Shown here one piece after another: positions 47,881 through 61,640 of a stretch of DNA of 64,000 nt. The stretch's first letter is position 1. Every line of letters begins with the position of its first letter. The notes beneath the pieces were generated by a model. That model saw only the letters and a program-made list of their open reading frames with translations. It was not told where the DNA came from and did not search any database. Source of the stretch: Prorocentrum cordatum (taxonomy: Eukaryota). Where the stretch lies: positions 1 through 64,000 of the forward strand of contig CAUYUJ010000222.1 of assembly GCA_963575745.1 (NCBI GenBank), given 5' to 3'. Made by a program: the position numbers and the translations under genes.

Positions 47881-50139
47881 AGTCTCAGTCAGAGTCGGCG
47901 AGATGCCGCGACAATCGACGAGACCCCAGCTACAGGCTCACGACAGCAAGCCTGCCGTCTCTGGCGGGGCACGGTCAGCCCCCTCCGATGCCGGGCCCCG
48001 CAGCGGCCCTGGGCCCGCACCCGCCTCCCTGCCCCCAAACTCGCATCCACCGCCTTCCCCCCCCCCAGCCGAGGTCAGGATCCGCGGGATCAAACGGGCC
48101 TAGAGTATTGGTCTGGTATTTGGGGGCAAGACCCCCTCTTCGTCCTGATGAAACGACCAAGCCTGGAGGCGCAAGCCTCTAGTGCGGCAAGAACCTAAAA
48201 TAAATTGGTAAGGGTGGGGCTCCTTAAAAAATATAATCGAACGCAAAAGTACCCTAAAATGCACAAGCGATGCACAATTAAAACACGAGCAAAGATTATC
48301 GCACGAGCCCGGCGATAGGACCCCCTCGCACCAAAGGTCAATCCTAAAGATCATACGTGTACCCATTCTCGGTCCAAAAAATATGACAAAGATACGAATA
48401 GGCTCACAATTTCCTACCAAATTCCCCTTCATGGGGGAACGCTCGGAAGCGTTGGTTTGCTCCCACGCCCCATGCGCCGGCGCTCCCAAAATGCACATCG
48501 CTCAGCGCTCCCAAAACTCCTATACCTTCTACGATTTATAGGGTCTGAGGTGGGACTGGCAGCCAGCAGGTTTGCGGGCAGGAGGGGATCAGCTGCGCAG
48601 AGTTGTACAGCTAAACCAGAAATACACCCTAAACCCTAATCCTTCTGGCGGGCGGCACTTTGTGGCAAAGATTGAGAAAAGGGGCGCAAAAAAGGTCCGC
48701 AAGCCGGAAAAGGAGGAGCGAGAAAGGTGAGGAGGGGAGGAGGAGGAGGAGGAGGGGGAGGAGGGAGGAGGGAGGAGGAGGAGGAGAAGGAGGGAGGAGG
48801 AGGCGGAGGAGGAGGGAGGGGAGGAGGAGGGGGAGGAGGAGGAGCAGGCGGGGAGGAGGCCCGGGGATGCTTGCGGGCCCTTTTCTTCACCCCCTCTTGG
48901 GGGGCCTCGGGGCCCCCGAGTCTCCTGGGGGCCTCTGGGGCCGCCCCCTTGGGCAGTCCCTCCGGCCTCCGCCGATTTGGGCTTCCGTCTGGGTCGCGCT
49001 GTTTCCCCGACGAAGAGGAGGGCGCGATCTCGGGCGATCTTGGGGCCCCCCGGCCGTTCATAGCGGGCGAAAAGGGCGCCGATGGGACCGGCGAGAATCA
49101 CGCGCGGAGGGACGCCGTCCCGTTTCGAGGCAATTTATCCATTATCCAGACTGGGACGTCCGCCCAAGGAGCGGGGGACGTGGATCAGCCCCGGGGGGAA
49201 TATATCATAGCCACTGCCTGAGGTTTCGGGGATCCATCCCCAGGCGGTGGTCTGCATACGAGCTTCTGTGTCGCTCCATAGGAGCACCTGCGGGCTTGGC
49301 GAAAGGCACCCGGCCTCTGCCGTCGACGCAGGGATCTGTCTCGGGCAGCGGGGCCCAGGCTGTAACAGCGGGGCGGGCTGGAGTGCAGGCTGGTCCGGCG
49401 AGGGGAGGCCCGGAGGAGGATCTGAACGGAAAGACGGGAGCAGAGAGGAAGAACTTCATGTAAGAATCGATTCCGGGGGGGAGCGCCTCCGTGGCGGCGC
49501 GTAACAGCGCGCTCGGGCGGGCGCTGGACGTGGGCTGCTGGAGCGGCGAGGGGAGGACGGAGGAGGAAAGAGCACGGAAAGACGGGAGCAGGAAGAGGAA
49601 TCATAATAATAAAACATGTTACGGATACGAATATTATATTATTACATTAGCAATTTAATAATCATTACTATTAAGAAAGCGAAGAAGAATGCGACTACGA
49701 ATCGTATTAATCTTAATAGTACGAAGGAACAACGAATCGTAATCAGAGGCAGGCGAGTCACACTAAGACGAGCAACCATACGAATCATGACAATCAGACT
49801 ACGAATGCGAATGCGAACACTAATACTAATAGTATTAATCGTAATAATACTAAAGCCACGAGGAATGATACCAATACGATTCATACTCATACTAACAATA
49901 CGAAGAATAATATTAATACCAAGACGAAGGGTACTAGGCCTCTAGACGAAGGCGGTTCTTACTGGCTTGGCTGGAAAAAGCCGGGTTTTGCAAACCGCCC
50001 CGGGCGGTTCCCCCTCCCCTGGGCCCTTTTCAAAACAACCAATGTCTTGCCGCCTTCCTCCCAGTTCGCTCCCTGGGTGCCAAACAAAAGCAAAAGCAAA
50101 GACAAAAGTGAAGGCAAAAACGAAGGCAAAACAATAGCA

Positions 50140-51757
<1,618 letters not shown>

Positions 51758-54700
51758 CTGGCTCCAAGCTTCGAGGCTCGAGTCTCTTTTGGGACGCTTT
51801 CGTGGGCTCTCGGCGGCTTTCGAGCCCCAGCATGCCTTCTAGCGGCTGCGCCTCGCCGATAGTCGTCCCGGGGTGCCAGAATCGTCTCGAACGGCCGCGG
51901 GAGGCCAGGGTTAGGCCCCATCGGCGATCAATGGGCGCTTGGGGGTCGATGAAATATCCCCCGTAAGCCCACCCACCCCTGTCGTTGCCCCTGAGAGGGG
52001 CTCACGCCACTCGTTCGCCTGCTAATGGAGGTCAGACTTCTGGGGGTCAGAGTCAGCGAAGGACAACCGGAGGAACATCTATTTTCTCAGAAAATTGCTG
52101 ACCCGAGCGAAGATTAGCCTAAGAAACTGCAGAGGAAAAACAAACGAAGACATAGTTGTTGAGACAAAGGCGGCACCGCACAAGGATCACCCAAGGAAGA
52201 GTGCATACCTTGCCCTGACCCCACAGAAGGCTCACCCCCGTCAGCAAGGCGAAGGAGCCATGCCGTGTCCACGCTGCCGTGTGCTTGCTTCTTCGTTCGA
52301 GGCATTATTCTTCAAGCTGGCCTCGGCCTCCGCTACTCGTAGGCAACTCGCGTGCAAATTCTACTACGTCATCCCCGCGCCGGCTTTCATGATCTGAGGA
52401 GTGGGAGGAGAGTACGGAGGAGGAAGAAGAGGATGGAGGAGGAGGAGGAGAAGGAGGAGGAGGAAAAGGAGGAGGAGGAGGAGGAGGAGGAGGAGGAGAG
52501 GAGAGGAGAGGAGAGGGAGGAGGAGGAGGAGGAGGAGGAGGAGGACATGGAGGAGGACATGGAGGAGGAGGAGGAGGAAGAGGAGGAGGAGGAGGAGGAC
52601 ATGGAGGAGGAGGAGGAGGAGGAGGAGGACATGGAGGAGGAGGAGGAGGAGGAGGAGGAGGAGATGTCGCGCTGTGTTCCCTCTCGCTCTCGCGCCCCGG
52701 CTCGCTCACAGTGCACCCCACCGCTTGCAAAACGGCGTCTGACTGTCATGGACCACTCGGCGCCCGCGGACTTCGAACAATCCGCATGGGAGGAACGATC
52801 CTGAGGGAAACGAATCCTGGACCACGGCACCTTCCCCCAGGACGAGCTCTTTTCATCCTGAATCGTTTTCTGACAGCCCCGGGGCCCGTGGAGGGCCCCG
52901 GGAGCCCGAAGACGGCGAAAAACCTCGGGACCTCAGGACCCGCTCTCACTTATTCGCAACGGAAGGGCCCTGACTTTGTGAGAGGCGGCCACAATCAGGA
53001 GGCCAAAAACATTAGGGACATGGGGTCTTTGCCGCGGATGCATCAGACCAAACCGCCCAGATCGATCATCACCAGTGCGAAGACGGGGACCTCAGAGAGG
53101 CCACGTCTCCACTATACTCTTTCGAAGCAGAAGAACGCCATGAACATAAACTGTTGCCGTTCCCCGCGGATGGCCCCCTTCGCGCGGAGCGCGCCAGGGG
53201 CGGCGCCTGAGGCGCCGCCGGGGGGGGGGGGGCCAGCGCGGATCCAAGAGAGCCGCGCGAAGCGCCCAACATTTGTGTGTGTGTGTGTGTGGCGTTTGTC
53301 CTGCTTCGAGACCCGCGGCGGCGTGCGCTTGCCTCGCCGTGCGGTCGGGCCTCCCTCCGCTCCTTGCCCCCGCGGCCGCCCGACCCCCACTGTCTCTGCG
53401 CATCAGCGCGCGTGCGCGGGCGTGCTGAAGTGTGCTGCCTGGTGGCGGTTGCGGCTGCGGCTGCGCCCGAGGGCGGGTTGGAATGTGTCGCCTACTAGTC
53501 GCGGTTGCGGTTGCGCCCGCGGGCGCATTGAACTGTGTCGCCTAGTTGCGGTTGCGGTTGCGCCCGAGGGGATGAAATGTGCTGTAGAAAGGCGCCCTCC
53601 ACTTCAGTCAGTTCAGTCGAACTCAATATGGAGGGCACGGAATGTCACCCGGCTCTGCCAAGAAAAACACCAACGCGCGCTGCGCTGACACCCCGAAGCC
53701 GATCCGACTTTGTCCCGATCCTACCTGCGGTTTGGCGGTTGGCGTTGAACAAATAACGTGCAACATCGGTCTCCGCAAAGTACGCCATCCTTGTTAGGCG
53801 ACCCCCCCGCGAGGGCTCCCTGTGTGAACGCACTTCCCCTCCAAGGTTTCTTCGGCGCATCAAAATTCCCAAGGATGGGGGATACCCTGTCCTACTCGGG
53901 GGGGAGTGAGAAAGGGTGGGCCTTCTTGGAAGGCTCAGCAGTCCCCCGGCACTCGGAGAAGTTGTGTAAGCCGCCCCGAAAACACCGCAACCCCCCCCGC
54001 CGCCATCTGACAAGGCCGTCTCCATCTCCCGTTCCACCTCGCTCGCCGCCGATCCCAGACGAGGCCGGAGTCTGGTAGAGCCCCGAAGGCGTTCGGGAAG
54101 GGGGAGCGGCAGGTTCGAGGTTCCCCGCTCGGCACAGAAATTCTCCCAGAGTGCACGATGCCTCCTGAGCTGGAGGCACTCCGCTCCACTCGTGCGTCGC
54201 AGCTGCCTCAGAGGTCTGTCGACTTGAGTCGACCCTGAGTCGAGCCTGCATCGAACCTGCGTCGAGCTTGAGTCAAAAATGAATCGAACTTGAGCCGAAC
54301 TGGGGTCGAACTAGGAGTCGAACAGATCCGCTCAGTGGGCGCCAGGAAGGCCCCCCGAACGAGCATCTGACGATTCTGCCCCCCGTCGTTCTGATTTTTG
54401 ACGCGTGCAGGACGGGTGGAGCCTGGCCCAAACGGGGAGGTGGCACCGGCGCCCCCCCCCAAAAAGGCGCGTGCAGGCGATGCGCGCCGCGCCAACGCTT
54501 TGGGTTAGGTCGGGTTGAATAGAGAATGATCCAAACATTCTCAAACATAGTCAGGAGAGCAGAAAAAATCGTCCCCATTGTACTTTTTTACTGGTGTTGA
54601 ACATTCCTCCTGTAGGGGGACATTCCCGACTTCACGCTTGGATGGTGCAGGTTTATTGTCCCCCCCGTGAGGCCATGGGCGAACAACCTCTGGCCTGCCC

Positions 54701-55963
54701 ATGGGCGAATAGCCTCTGGCCTGCCACCTGCGCCGCGCCATGACTCCACGGCGGAGGAAGCCGAGCGCGAAGCAGGTGGCCGCTTGCCTCCGCGCACGAC
54801 GCACAATGGCGAAGTGAGCCACTCTGGAGGGCGAGTCGCTTGGGTGGCCCAGGCGGGCGCCACGACTGGTGACAGAACAGCGCACTTGCAGGGAGGAGGA
54901 ATGGGAAAGCTCCAAGCGAATGAGGCGCTGGGGGGCATGCGTGCGGGTTGTCAGACCCGGGGGGGGGAGGCTCCCGTTCGAGCGGGGAACCGCATCCGAC
55001 CCCACCGTGATTCCACCCCGAGGAATCTGGGCGTCGATAGGTTCAAGTCCGGCCTGTCCCCCTACAGGCCGATTTTGGACGAAAAACCAACAATACCACA
55101 AACATACACCAAAAATGCGCAAACGTGGTCAAAACATGATCCCCACACCATTTGTTGACGATGTTTGAATATTCCCCTTGTAGACGGACAGGCCCGACTC
55201 AACGATAGTCGGGGATGGACAGACCTCCCTTTAGTAAAACGTGGTTTAGTGAAAACGACCTGAGGCCCAAACCTGGCGGGCTCAAGCCTGGAAAATAACG
55301 GCCGCGGCGCCCTCTCGAGAGCCGAAAACGGACAATTCACTAATCGACGTGTCACTGTCGGGGGTTCTGTCCGCCCTCGAGATAGGTGTGGGTGAAAGTT
55401 GGCCGCCCCTAAAGGGGAGCAGCGCCGACCCCCCCCCCCCAGAAGGCGTTTGCAGAGGACGTGCGCCGCGCCGGCGCCCGGGGGCAGCCAGGGAGGGTGC
55501 CGCGACGTGGAGGCGCCAGGTACCTCTGGATGGGGCCCTGGGGCACACAAAGAAACAGACACAAATGACAAAGGTCCACAATCTTTTTCCATATTTTCTG
55601 GGCTGTTCTTGTTCCCCCCCACTTCCCATAAGTATACTTTCTGGGGGATCGACGATGAATTGTGTCTGTGTGTGTTTTTGTTTCCCTCCTGAACTTCAGT
55701 GGGAGCTTCCCCAAAAAAGAGAGCGCCACGGGCACCCCGAACGCCCATAGAGGGCCCCAAGGTGGCTCACGAGGCCTCTGCGAGGCCCCTGAAAGCCCTC
55801 GGCTTGGAGTCCTGGTTGTTGCTTGGGTCAGTCCCCCTTCTGGTCCGAACGGTGCCCATGTTCCTTCAACAGCGCCCTCTCGCGACAAACCGCCTAGGCT
55901 CCTTCTGAAAGGACTGGCGGAGATACGCGAAGTATCAAGGGCATGTGTTTAGAGGCCTCCTAT

Positions 55964-56191
55964 ATGGGGTCAGAGTAGATGGGGTCGGAGGATCGCGCCA
56001 CATCGCCGATACATCGGCGATGCATCAGCGATGCATCGGCGAGGCATCAGCGATGCACCGGCGATGTATCGTCGACGTGGGCGATGCATCGGCAACGTCG
56101 ACGTGGAGCAACTCGGGCTCCGCATCGAGCCGCATCGCCGATGCATGGGCCATGCGGCGCGATCCTCCGACCCCATCTACTCCGACCCCAT
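55964..56191. mobile_element. MITE with a perfect 27-bp inverted repeat and GATGCATC-rich core
   Basis: GAGTAGATGGGGTCGGAGGATCGCGCC (55973-55999) and GGCGCGATCCTCCGACCCCATCTACTC (56156-56182). Confidence 0.85.
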
Positions 56192-56951
56192 CTCGGAAGC
56201 CTAGAAAGTTGTGGGTAAATACCGTTTCTGGCTTAGTTCCGGGCTTCCTAGTGCGCTGTTGGGGATGGCGTCGGCTAGGACTTCAGGCGGAACGTCGGAC
56301 GGCTCGTCGGGCAGAATGCCCGCATGGGCGCCGGACTGGACGTCGTTTTCGCCCTGGGCGATCTGCCTCTTTACTTCTCATGTGTCGTTTATGGTGACTG
56401 CGGGACGGTGACCTGGATTTTCACGAGGAGCTCTGGATGCCGATCCGACCGTATTCTGGGAAAGCGTGCCCGACCTGGATTTTCGCGAGGAGCTCTGGAT
56501 GCCGATCCGACTGTCTTCTGGGAAAGCGAGCTATCTTCTGGGAACTGCTTGACTGCTTGACCACCTGGGCGATGGATTGTTGTTGTGCGGTCAATCGTGC
56601 TCGTAAGCTGTGGATATTGCCTCAAGCGATCGCGGCTGGAGGTGAGAATTCGCCAGGGACTGGACACATGCTTCATAACAAAAGTGATCGTTGCTTTTGA
56701 TGTGTGGGTGGTGGGTCGTTGTCTGGAGGCGTCGCTGTTATTGTAAAGTGGCCGTTGCCAGCTGGTCTCTGGTCGTGATTGGTCGAACTGGCCTCCCTCT
56801 GCAGCAGGAGCAGGAAGCTCAGGGGAGAAGAGGCGCAGGAGCGGGAGCGGGCGACGGGAGCAATGGGGGCGCAGGAGCCGCAGCAACACGGGGGAACATA
56901 CACACACCTTGCGTCTCTCCGCGCTCCCACCCTAGAGGCCTCCTCGACGGG

Positions 56952-57135
56952 GTACTCCAGATTTCGTAATAAAGGGAGGGGGGTCTCATTTCGGGGGGGG
57001 TCTCTTCCAGGCCATCTTGGAGGGCCTGGAGAGGTTTGGGACGGTGTTTTGGAGGGTTCTCCCACGGGGGGGGGCTGATATGGCTTGTTTTGGAGGGTCC
57101 AGACCCCCTCCCTTTTATCACGAAATCTGGAGTAC
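56952..57135. mobile_element. MITE-like element with ~35-bp inverted ends
   Basis: GTACTCCAGATTTCGTAATAAAGGGAGGGGGGTCT...AGACCCCCTCCCTTTTATCACGAAATCTGGAGTAC. Confidence 0.8.
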
Positions 57136-57137
57136 GT

Positions 57138-57325
57138 ATAGATGGGGTCGGAGGATTGCACCGCATCGCCGAGGTATCGGCAGTGTCGGCGATGCGTCGG
57201 CGATGCATCGGCGATGCACGGGCGCCGTCGGCGCGGAGAACATCGAACTCCGCATCGAGCCGCATCGCCGACGCATCGGCGATGCGGCGGCGATTTTCCG
57301 ACTCCATCTACCCGGACCCCATCTA
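57138..57325. mobile_element. GATGCATC-core MITE family member abutting the previous element
   Basis: TAGATGGGGTCGGAGGAT...TTCCGACTCCATCTAC. Confidence 0.7.
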
Positions 57326-57954
57326 CAGTCGGGGCGGTGGCCTACGGAACCCTAGACAAGGAACGAGGCCCCTTCTTCCCCAAAGTGGATCTCCAATTCT
57401 CCCCATGGAAAACACCTTTGGGAAACCTGAGGCAAACTGCGCAACAGTCAAGGAACGCCGAGCCCCTCCCCAACGAGAAGGGCTCCTTCTTCAGCGCCCC
57501 GACTGTAGGAGGCCTAGAAACACTCACCTCGCGTCTCCCACCCACCCCTCGCCCCTCCGCCAGGCCTCCCTCTGCCGGGGGCCGGCGGCGGAAACCTGAG
57601 CAAGAGCTGCCCTTTGGGCCCTCGGGAAGGCAGCCACCAGCCAGACGGCACGAGGACCGCCCCAAACGCCGACCTCGACCCCTTCTCTGATGGGCCAATT
57701 TTCCACCACCACCACCACCACCACCACCACCACCACCACCACTCTAGCTAGGCTAGGGAGGAGGAGGAGTTTAAACCCTCGTGTTCCCGCCCGTGAGTGG
57801 GTGCCCCTGGTCTCGGCACCCCGCGCAGGGAAACGCACCCGAGGCGGGGTGGGCCAGCGGCCTCATCTCACGGCGTCCTGCTGCCGCCACTCGAAGACTC
57901 CTGGAGTCGACCCGCGAGCGGCGGCAGTCTGAAAAAACTGCTGCCGCCGCCCTC

Positions 57955-59577
57955 TCAGAGCTTGAGGAGCAGCCTGATGGACGGCCGCAGCCGCTCCTCC
58001 GCCCTGCGCTCTTCCAGGGACCGCACCGGCCGCTGGTCCCTGGACTCGTGGGCCTTCGCGGCCTCCTTGCCTGGCGCAAGGCTGTGGCCTAACCCCTCGC
58101 CACGCTGGGGTGCCTTGCGGCCTAGCCCCTCGCCGCGCAGGGGTGCTCCGTGGTGGCCTAACCCCTCGCCGCGCGGGGGTCTGCTGCGGTCTAACCCGTC
58201 ACCGCGCTGGGGTCCGTCGTGTCCTGACTCCTCGCCACACTGGGGGTCAGTGCGGTCTAACCCCTCACCGCGCTGGGGAAAATCGTGGCCTAACCCCTCG
58301 CCACGCTGGGGGCTGCTGCGGTCTAACCCCTCACCGCGCTGGGGTCCTCTGTGGCCTAACCCCTCGCCGCGCAGGGGCCTGCTGCGGTCTAACCCCTCAC
58401 CACTATGGGGTCCGCTGTGGCCTAACCCCTCGCCGCGCTGGGGATCGTTGCGGTCTAACCCCTCACCGCGCTGGGGTACTCCGTGGCCTAACCCCTCGCC
58501 GCGCAGGGACCTGCTGCGGTCTAACCCCTCACCGCGCTGGGGTCCTCTGTGGCCTAACCCCTCGCCGCGCGGGGGTCCTCTGCGGTCTGCCTCCTCGCCG
58601 TGCTGGGGTCCTTCGTGGCCAGAATCCTCACCATGCTGGGGTCTGCTGCGGTCTAACCCCTCACCGCGCTGGGGTCCTCCGTGGCCTAACCCCTCGCCGC
58701 GCTGGGGTCCTCTGCGGTCTGCCAGGTGGTACCCTCTGCTGTGCTGTACCTCTGGGATCTGCTGGTGGTTGTAATCGCTGTCCTGCTTGTCTGCGGGCTG
58801 CTGGAGGCAATCCTCGCTGTTCTCCTCGTCTAGGAAGTGGTCGAGGTCTGTCATGTCCTTGGTGCTCCGTCCTGCTGGTGGGGGACGGGCACCCCTCTGC
58901 ATCCCGTCTGGCGCAGGGCTGTGGCCTAACCCCTCGCCGCGCTGGGGTCCTCTGCGGCCTACCCCCTCGCCGCGCAAGGGTCCATGGTGGCCTGTCCCCT
59001 CTCCACGCAGGGGCCTGCTGCGGTCTAACCCTTCACCACGCTGGGGTCCACTGTGACCTGACCCCTCGCCTCGCTGGGGGTCGGTGCGGTTTTGCCCCTC
59101 ACCGCGCTGGGGTCCTCCGTGGCCTGACCTCTCGCCTCGCTGGGGTCCTCTGCAGCCTGCCATGTGGCACCCGATGCTGTTCTGGTGATCTGGGATCTGC
59201 AGGTGGTTGTCATCGCCGTCCTGCTTGTCCGCGGGCTGGTGGGAGCTGTCCTCGCTGTTCTCCTCGTCCTGGGAGAGGTCATGGTGAATCATGCCCGTGG
59301 TGCTCCGTCCTGCTGGTGGGGGACGGGCACCCCTCTGCATCCCGTCTGGCGCAGGGCTGTGGCCTAACCCCTCGCCACGCTGAGGTCCTCTGCGGCCTAC
59401 CCCCTCGCCGTGCAGGGGTCCTTTGTGGCCTAACCCCTCGCCGCGCAGGGGCCTTCTGCGGTCTAGCCCCTCACCGCGCTGGGGTCCGCTGTGGCCTAAC
59501 CCCTCGCCACGCTGGGGTTCTGTGCAATCTGCCCCCCTGACCGTGTTTGGAACCTCCATGGTCTCGCCCCACGCCAC
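57955..59577 (-). CDS. Possible 540-aa repeat protein (11-aa GPQRGEGLGH/D repeats); may be part of a longer disrupted ORF reaching ~60400
   Basis: Stop-free frame across a 33-bp minisatellite and two non-repeat spacer blocks; start not a true ATG. Confidence 0.3.
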   Translation of the reverse strand: MAWGETMEVPNTVRGADCTEPQRGEGLGHSGPQRGEGLDRRRPLRGEGLGHKGPLHGEGVGRRGPQRGEGLGHSPAPDGMQRGARPPPAGRSTTGMIHHDLSQDEENSEDSSHQPADKQDGDDNHLQIPDHQNSIGCHMAGCRGPQRGERSGHGGPQRGEGQNRTDPQRGEGSGHSGPQRGEGLDRSRPLRGEGTGHHGPLRGEGVGRRGPQRGEGLGHSPAPDGMQRGARPPPAGRSTKDMTDLDHFLDEENSEDCLQQPADKQDSDYNHQQIPEVQHSRGYHLADRRGPQRGEGLGHGGPQRGEGLDRSRPQHGEDSGHEGPQHGEEADRRGPPRGEGLGHRGPQRGEGLDRSRSLRGEGLGHGVPQRGEGLDRNDPQRGEGLGHSGPHSGEGLDRSRPLRGEGLGHRGPQRGEGLDRSSPQRGEGLGHDFPQRGEGLDRTDPQCGEESGHDGPQRGDGLDRSRPPRGEGLGHHGAPLRGEGLGRKAPQRGEGLGHSLAPGKEAAKAHESRDQRPVRSLEERRAEERLRPSIRLLLKL

Positions 59578-59620
59578 GCTGGGGGCCGTTGCGGTCTAAC
59601 CCCTCACCGCGCTGGGGTGC
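58085..59620. repeat. 33-bp minisatellite (G(C/T)CTAACCCCTC(G/A)CCGCGCTGGGGTCC...) with a higher-order duplication
   Basis: About 30 units; spacer block ~58740-58920 recurs at ~59170-59360. Confidence 0.92.
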
Positions 59621-60879
59621 TGGGCCTCCTTTTTGTTCTGCTGGTGGCGTGACCGCTCCGAGGAGCTGTTCTGCCATGGTCCTGCGTCGTGCCGCCTCGC
59701 GAGAGTCCTGCTGCTGGGTCCTCCTGCGCTCCACTCCACTGTTGAGCCAGGCCATGCGGCAGATGTCCTCTGCCGCTCTGCGCTGGCTGTTTTGTCTGAT
59801 TGGCCCTGGGATGTCACCGAAGAGCCGCTGGTATGGACTTGTCTGGAGCTCCCTCAGCACATGGGGTACGCACGCCGCACTCCACGTTTGCCAGCCTCTC
59901 TCTCCTGCTTGCTGGGCCCAGCCTCCTCCCCCGGAGGAGGCGAAGGAGGAGGAGGAGGAGGAGGAGGAGGAGGACCTCCACTGCTTGCTGGGCAGGAGGA
60001 GGCGAAGGAGGCGAAGGAGGAGGAGGAGGAGGAGGAGGAGGAGGAGGAGGAGGAGGAGGAGGACCTCCACTTGCTCCCTTCTCCCCCGTCATACCTCTGG
60101 TAGTGGTGCCGGAACATCGGCCCTTCCTCCTCTGCCCCCAACCCTCTCGCGGGAGGGGGCAGCAGGGACGGGAGCGCCAGGGGAGGGCGACGCTGGCGGA
60201 GCCCCCCCGTCAACCCCGGCCACGCGGGGGACCAGGCTGCCCGGATGCCCGGCTGCAATCCCGCCGCCCGTGGCCTGCGAGCCGCAGCCCCTGGCCCAGA
60301 CCGGGGCGGAGCGGGGGGAGGACCCTGCGAAGCAGGAGGCGCACCAACAGGACTGGGCGCAGCAGACCGCGATGAGGCGGCAGTGGGGACTGTACCCGCG
60401 AGTCTGCGAGTAAGATCTGAAGACCCCCGCTCCAGCCCCCCTCCTCCACGTCCCGCCTCCTCCTCCTCGGCTTCGCCTATCGGCCTATCCCGCCCCGTTC
60501 CCCATTCCACATCTCGTCTCTTCTCATCTCATTTCGGCCCACTCTCATCCTCCTCGAACTCACATAATCCTGCTCATTCTCCTCCTCACCCTTACCAGCT
60601 TCGTATCCCGTTCCCGTCCCTACTCCACCTCATCGTTGCCACTCTCCTATCGTCCCCCCCGACTGCCTAGTTGTAGAACGCCTGCGCTGGTCTCGCCTTG
60701 CTCGGCGACGAGGGGGGCCTGGTGACGTCGATCGAGGCCGGGCGGGACTTGCGCGTCAGGCTGGAGGCGATCACGATTATTGCCGCACCTCCTCGCTGCC
60801 ATGCTCGCTGCCATGCATCTTCCTCCCCCTCCAGCCGCCTCCCACCTCGTCTCCTTCCCATCTCCTCTCCTCCCCATCC

Positions 60880-61640
60880 CTCCTCCTCCTCCTGCTGCTC
60901 CTGCTCCTCCTCCTCCTCCTCCTCCTCCTCCTCCTCCTCCTCCTCCTCCTCCTCCTCCTCCTCCTCCGCCCCCTCCCCCTCCCCTCCCCCTCCCCCTCCC
61001 CCTCCCCCTCGTCCTCCTCCTCCTCCTCCTCCTCCTCCTCCTCCTCCTCCTCCTCCTCCTCCTCCTCCCTCCCTCCTCCTCCTCTCCTCCTCCTCCTCCT
61101 CCCTCCTCCCCTGTTCCGTTTTGACGCGAGGCAAGCTTGGGTCAGCTGGGACGCGGCGTTCGTTCCTCCTCCGCCTCCTCTCCTCCTCCTCCTCCTCCTC
61201 CTCGTCCTCCTCCTCCTCCTCCTCCTCCTCCTCCCCCTCCTCCTCCTCCTCCTCCTGCTCCTGCTCCTCCTCCTCCTCCTCCTCCTCCTCCTCTCCTCCT
61301 CCTCCTCCTCCTCCTCCCTCCCCCTCCCCTCCTCCTCCTCCTCCTCCTCCTCCTCCTCCTCCTCCTCCCTCCTCCTCCTCCTCCTCCTCCTCCCTCCTCC
61401 TCCTCCTCCCTCCTCCTCTCCTCCTCCTCCTCCTCCTCCTCCTCCTCCTCCTCCTCCTCCCCTCCTCCCCCTCCCCCTCCCCCTCCCCCTCCCCCCTCCC
61501 CCTCCCCTCCTCCTCCTCCTCCCCCTCCCCCTCCCCCTCCCCCTCCCCCCTCCTCCTCCTCCTCCTCTCCTCCTCCGCCTCCTCCTCCTCCTCCTCCTCC
61601 TCCTCCTCCTCCTCCTCCTCCTCCTCTTCATCATCATCCT
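60880..61640. repeat. (CCT)n low-complexity tract
   Basis: Direct inspection. Confidence 0.95.

Noticed and set aside
48626..48640. Telomere-like CCCTAAACCCTAA (also CCTAACCC within the 33-bp repeat)
   Set aside because: Two units or fewer; compatible with chance.
54267..54286. Minus-strand SL-like CTTGAGTCAAAAATG
   Set aside because: Weak match inside a TCGA-rich repeat with no coding sequence following.
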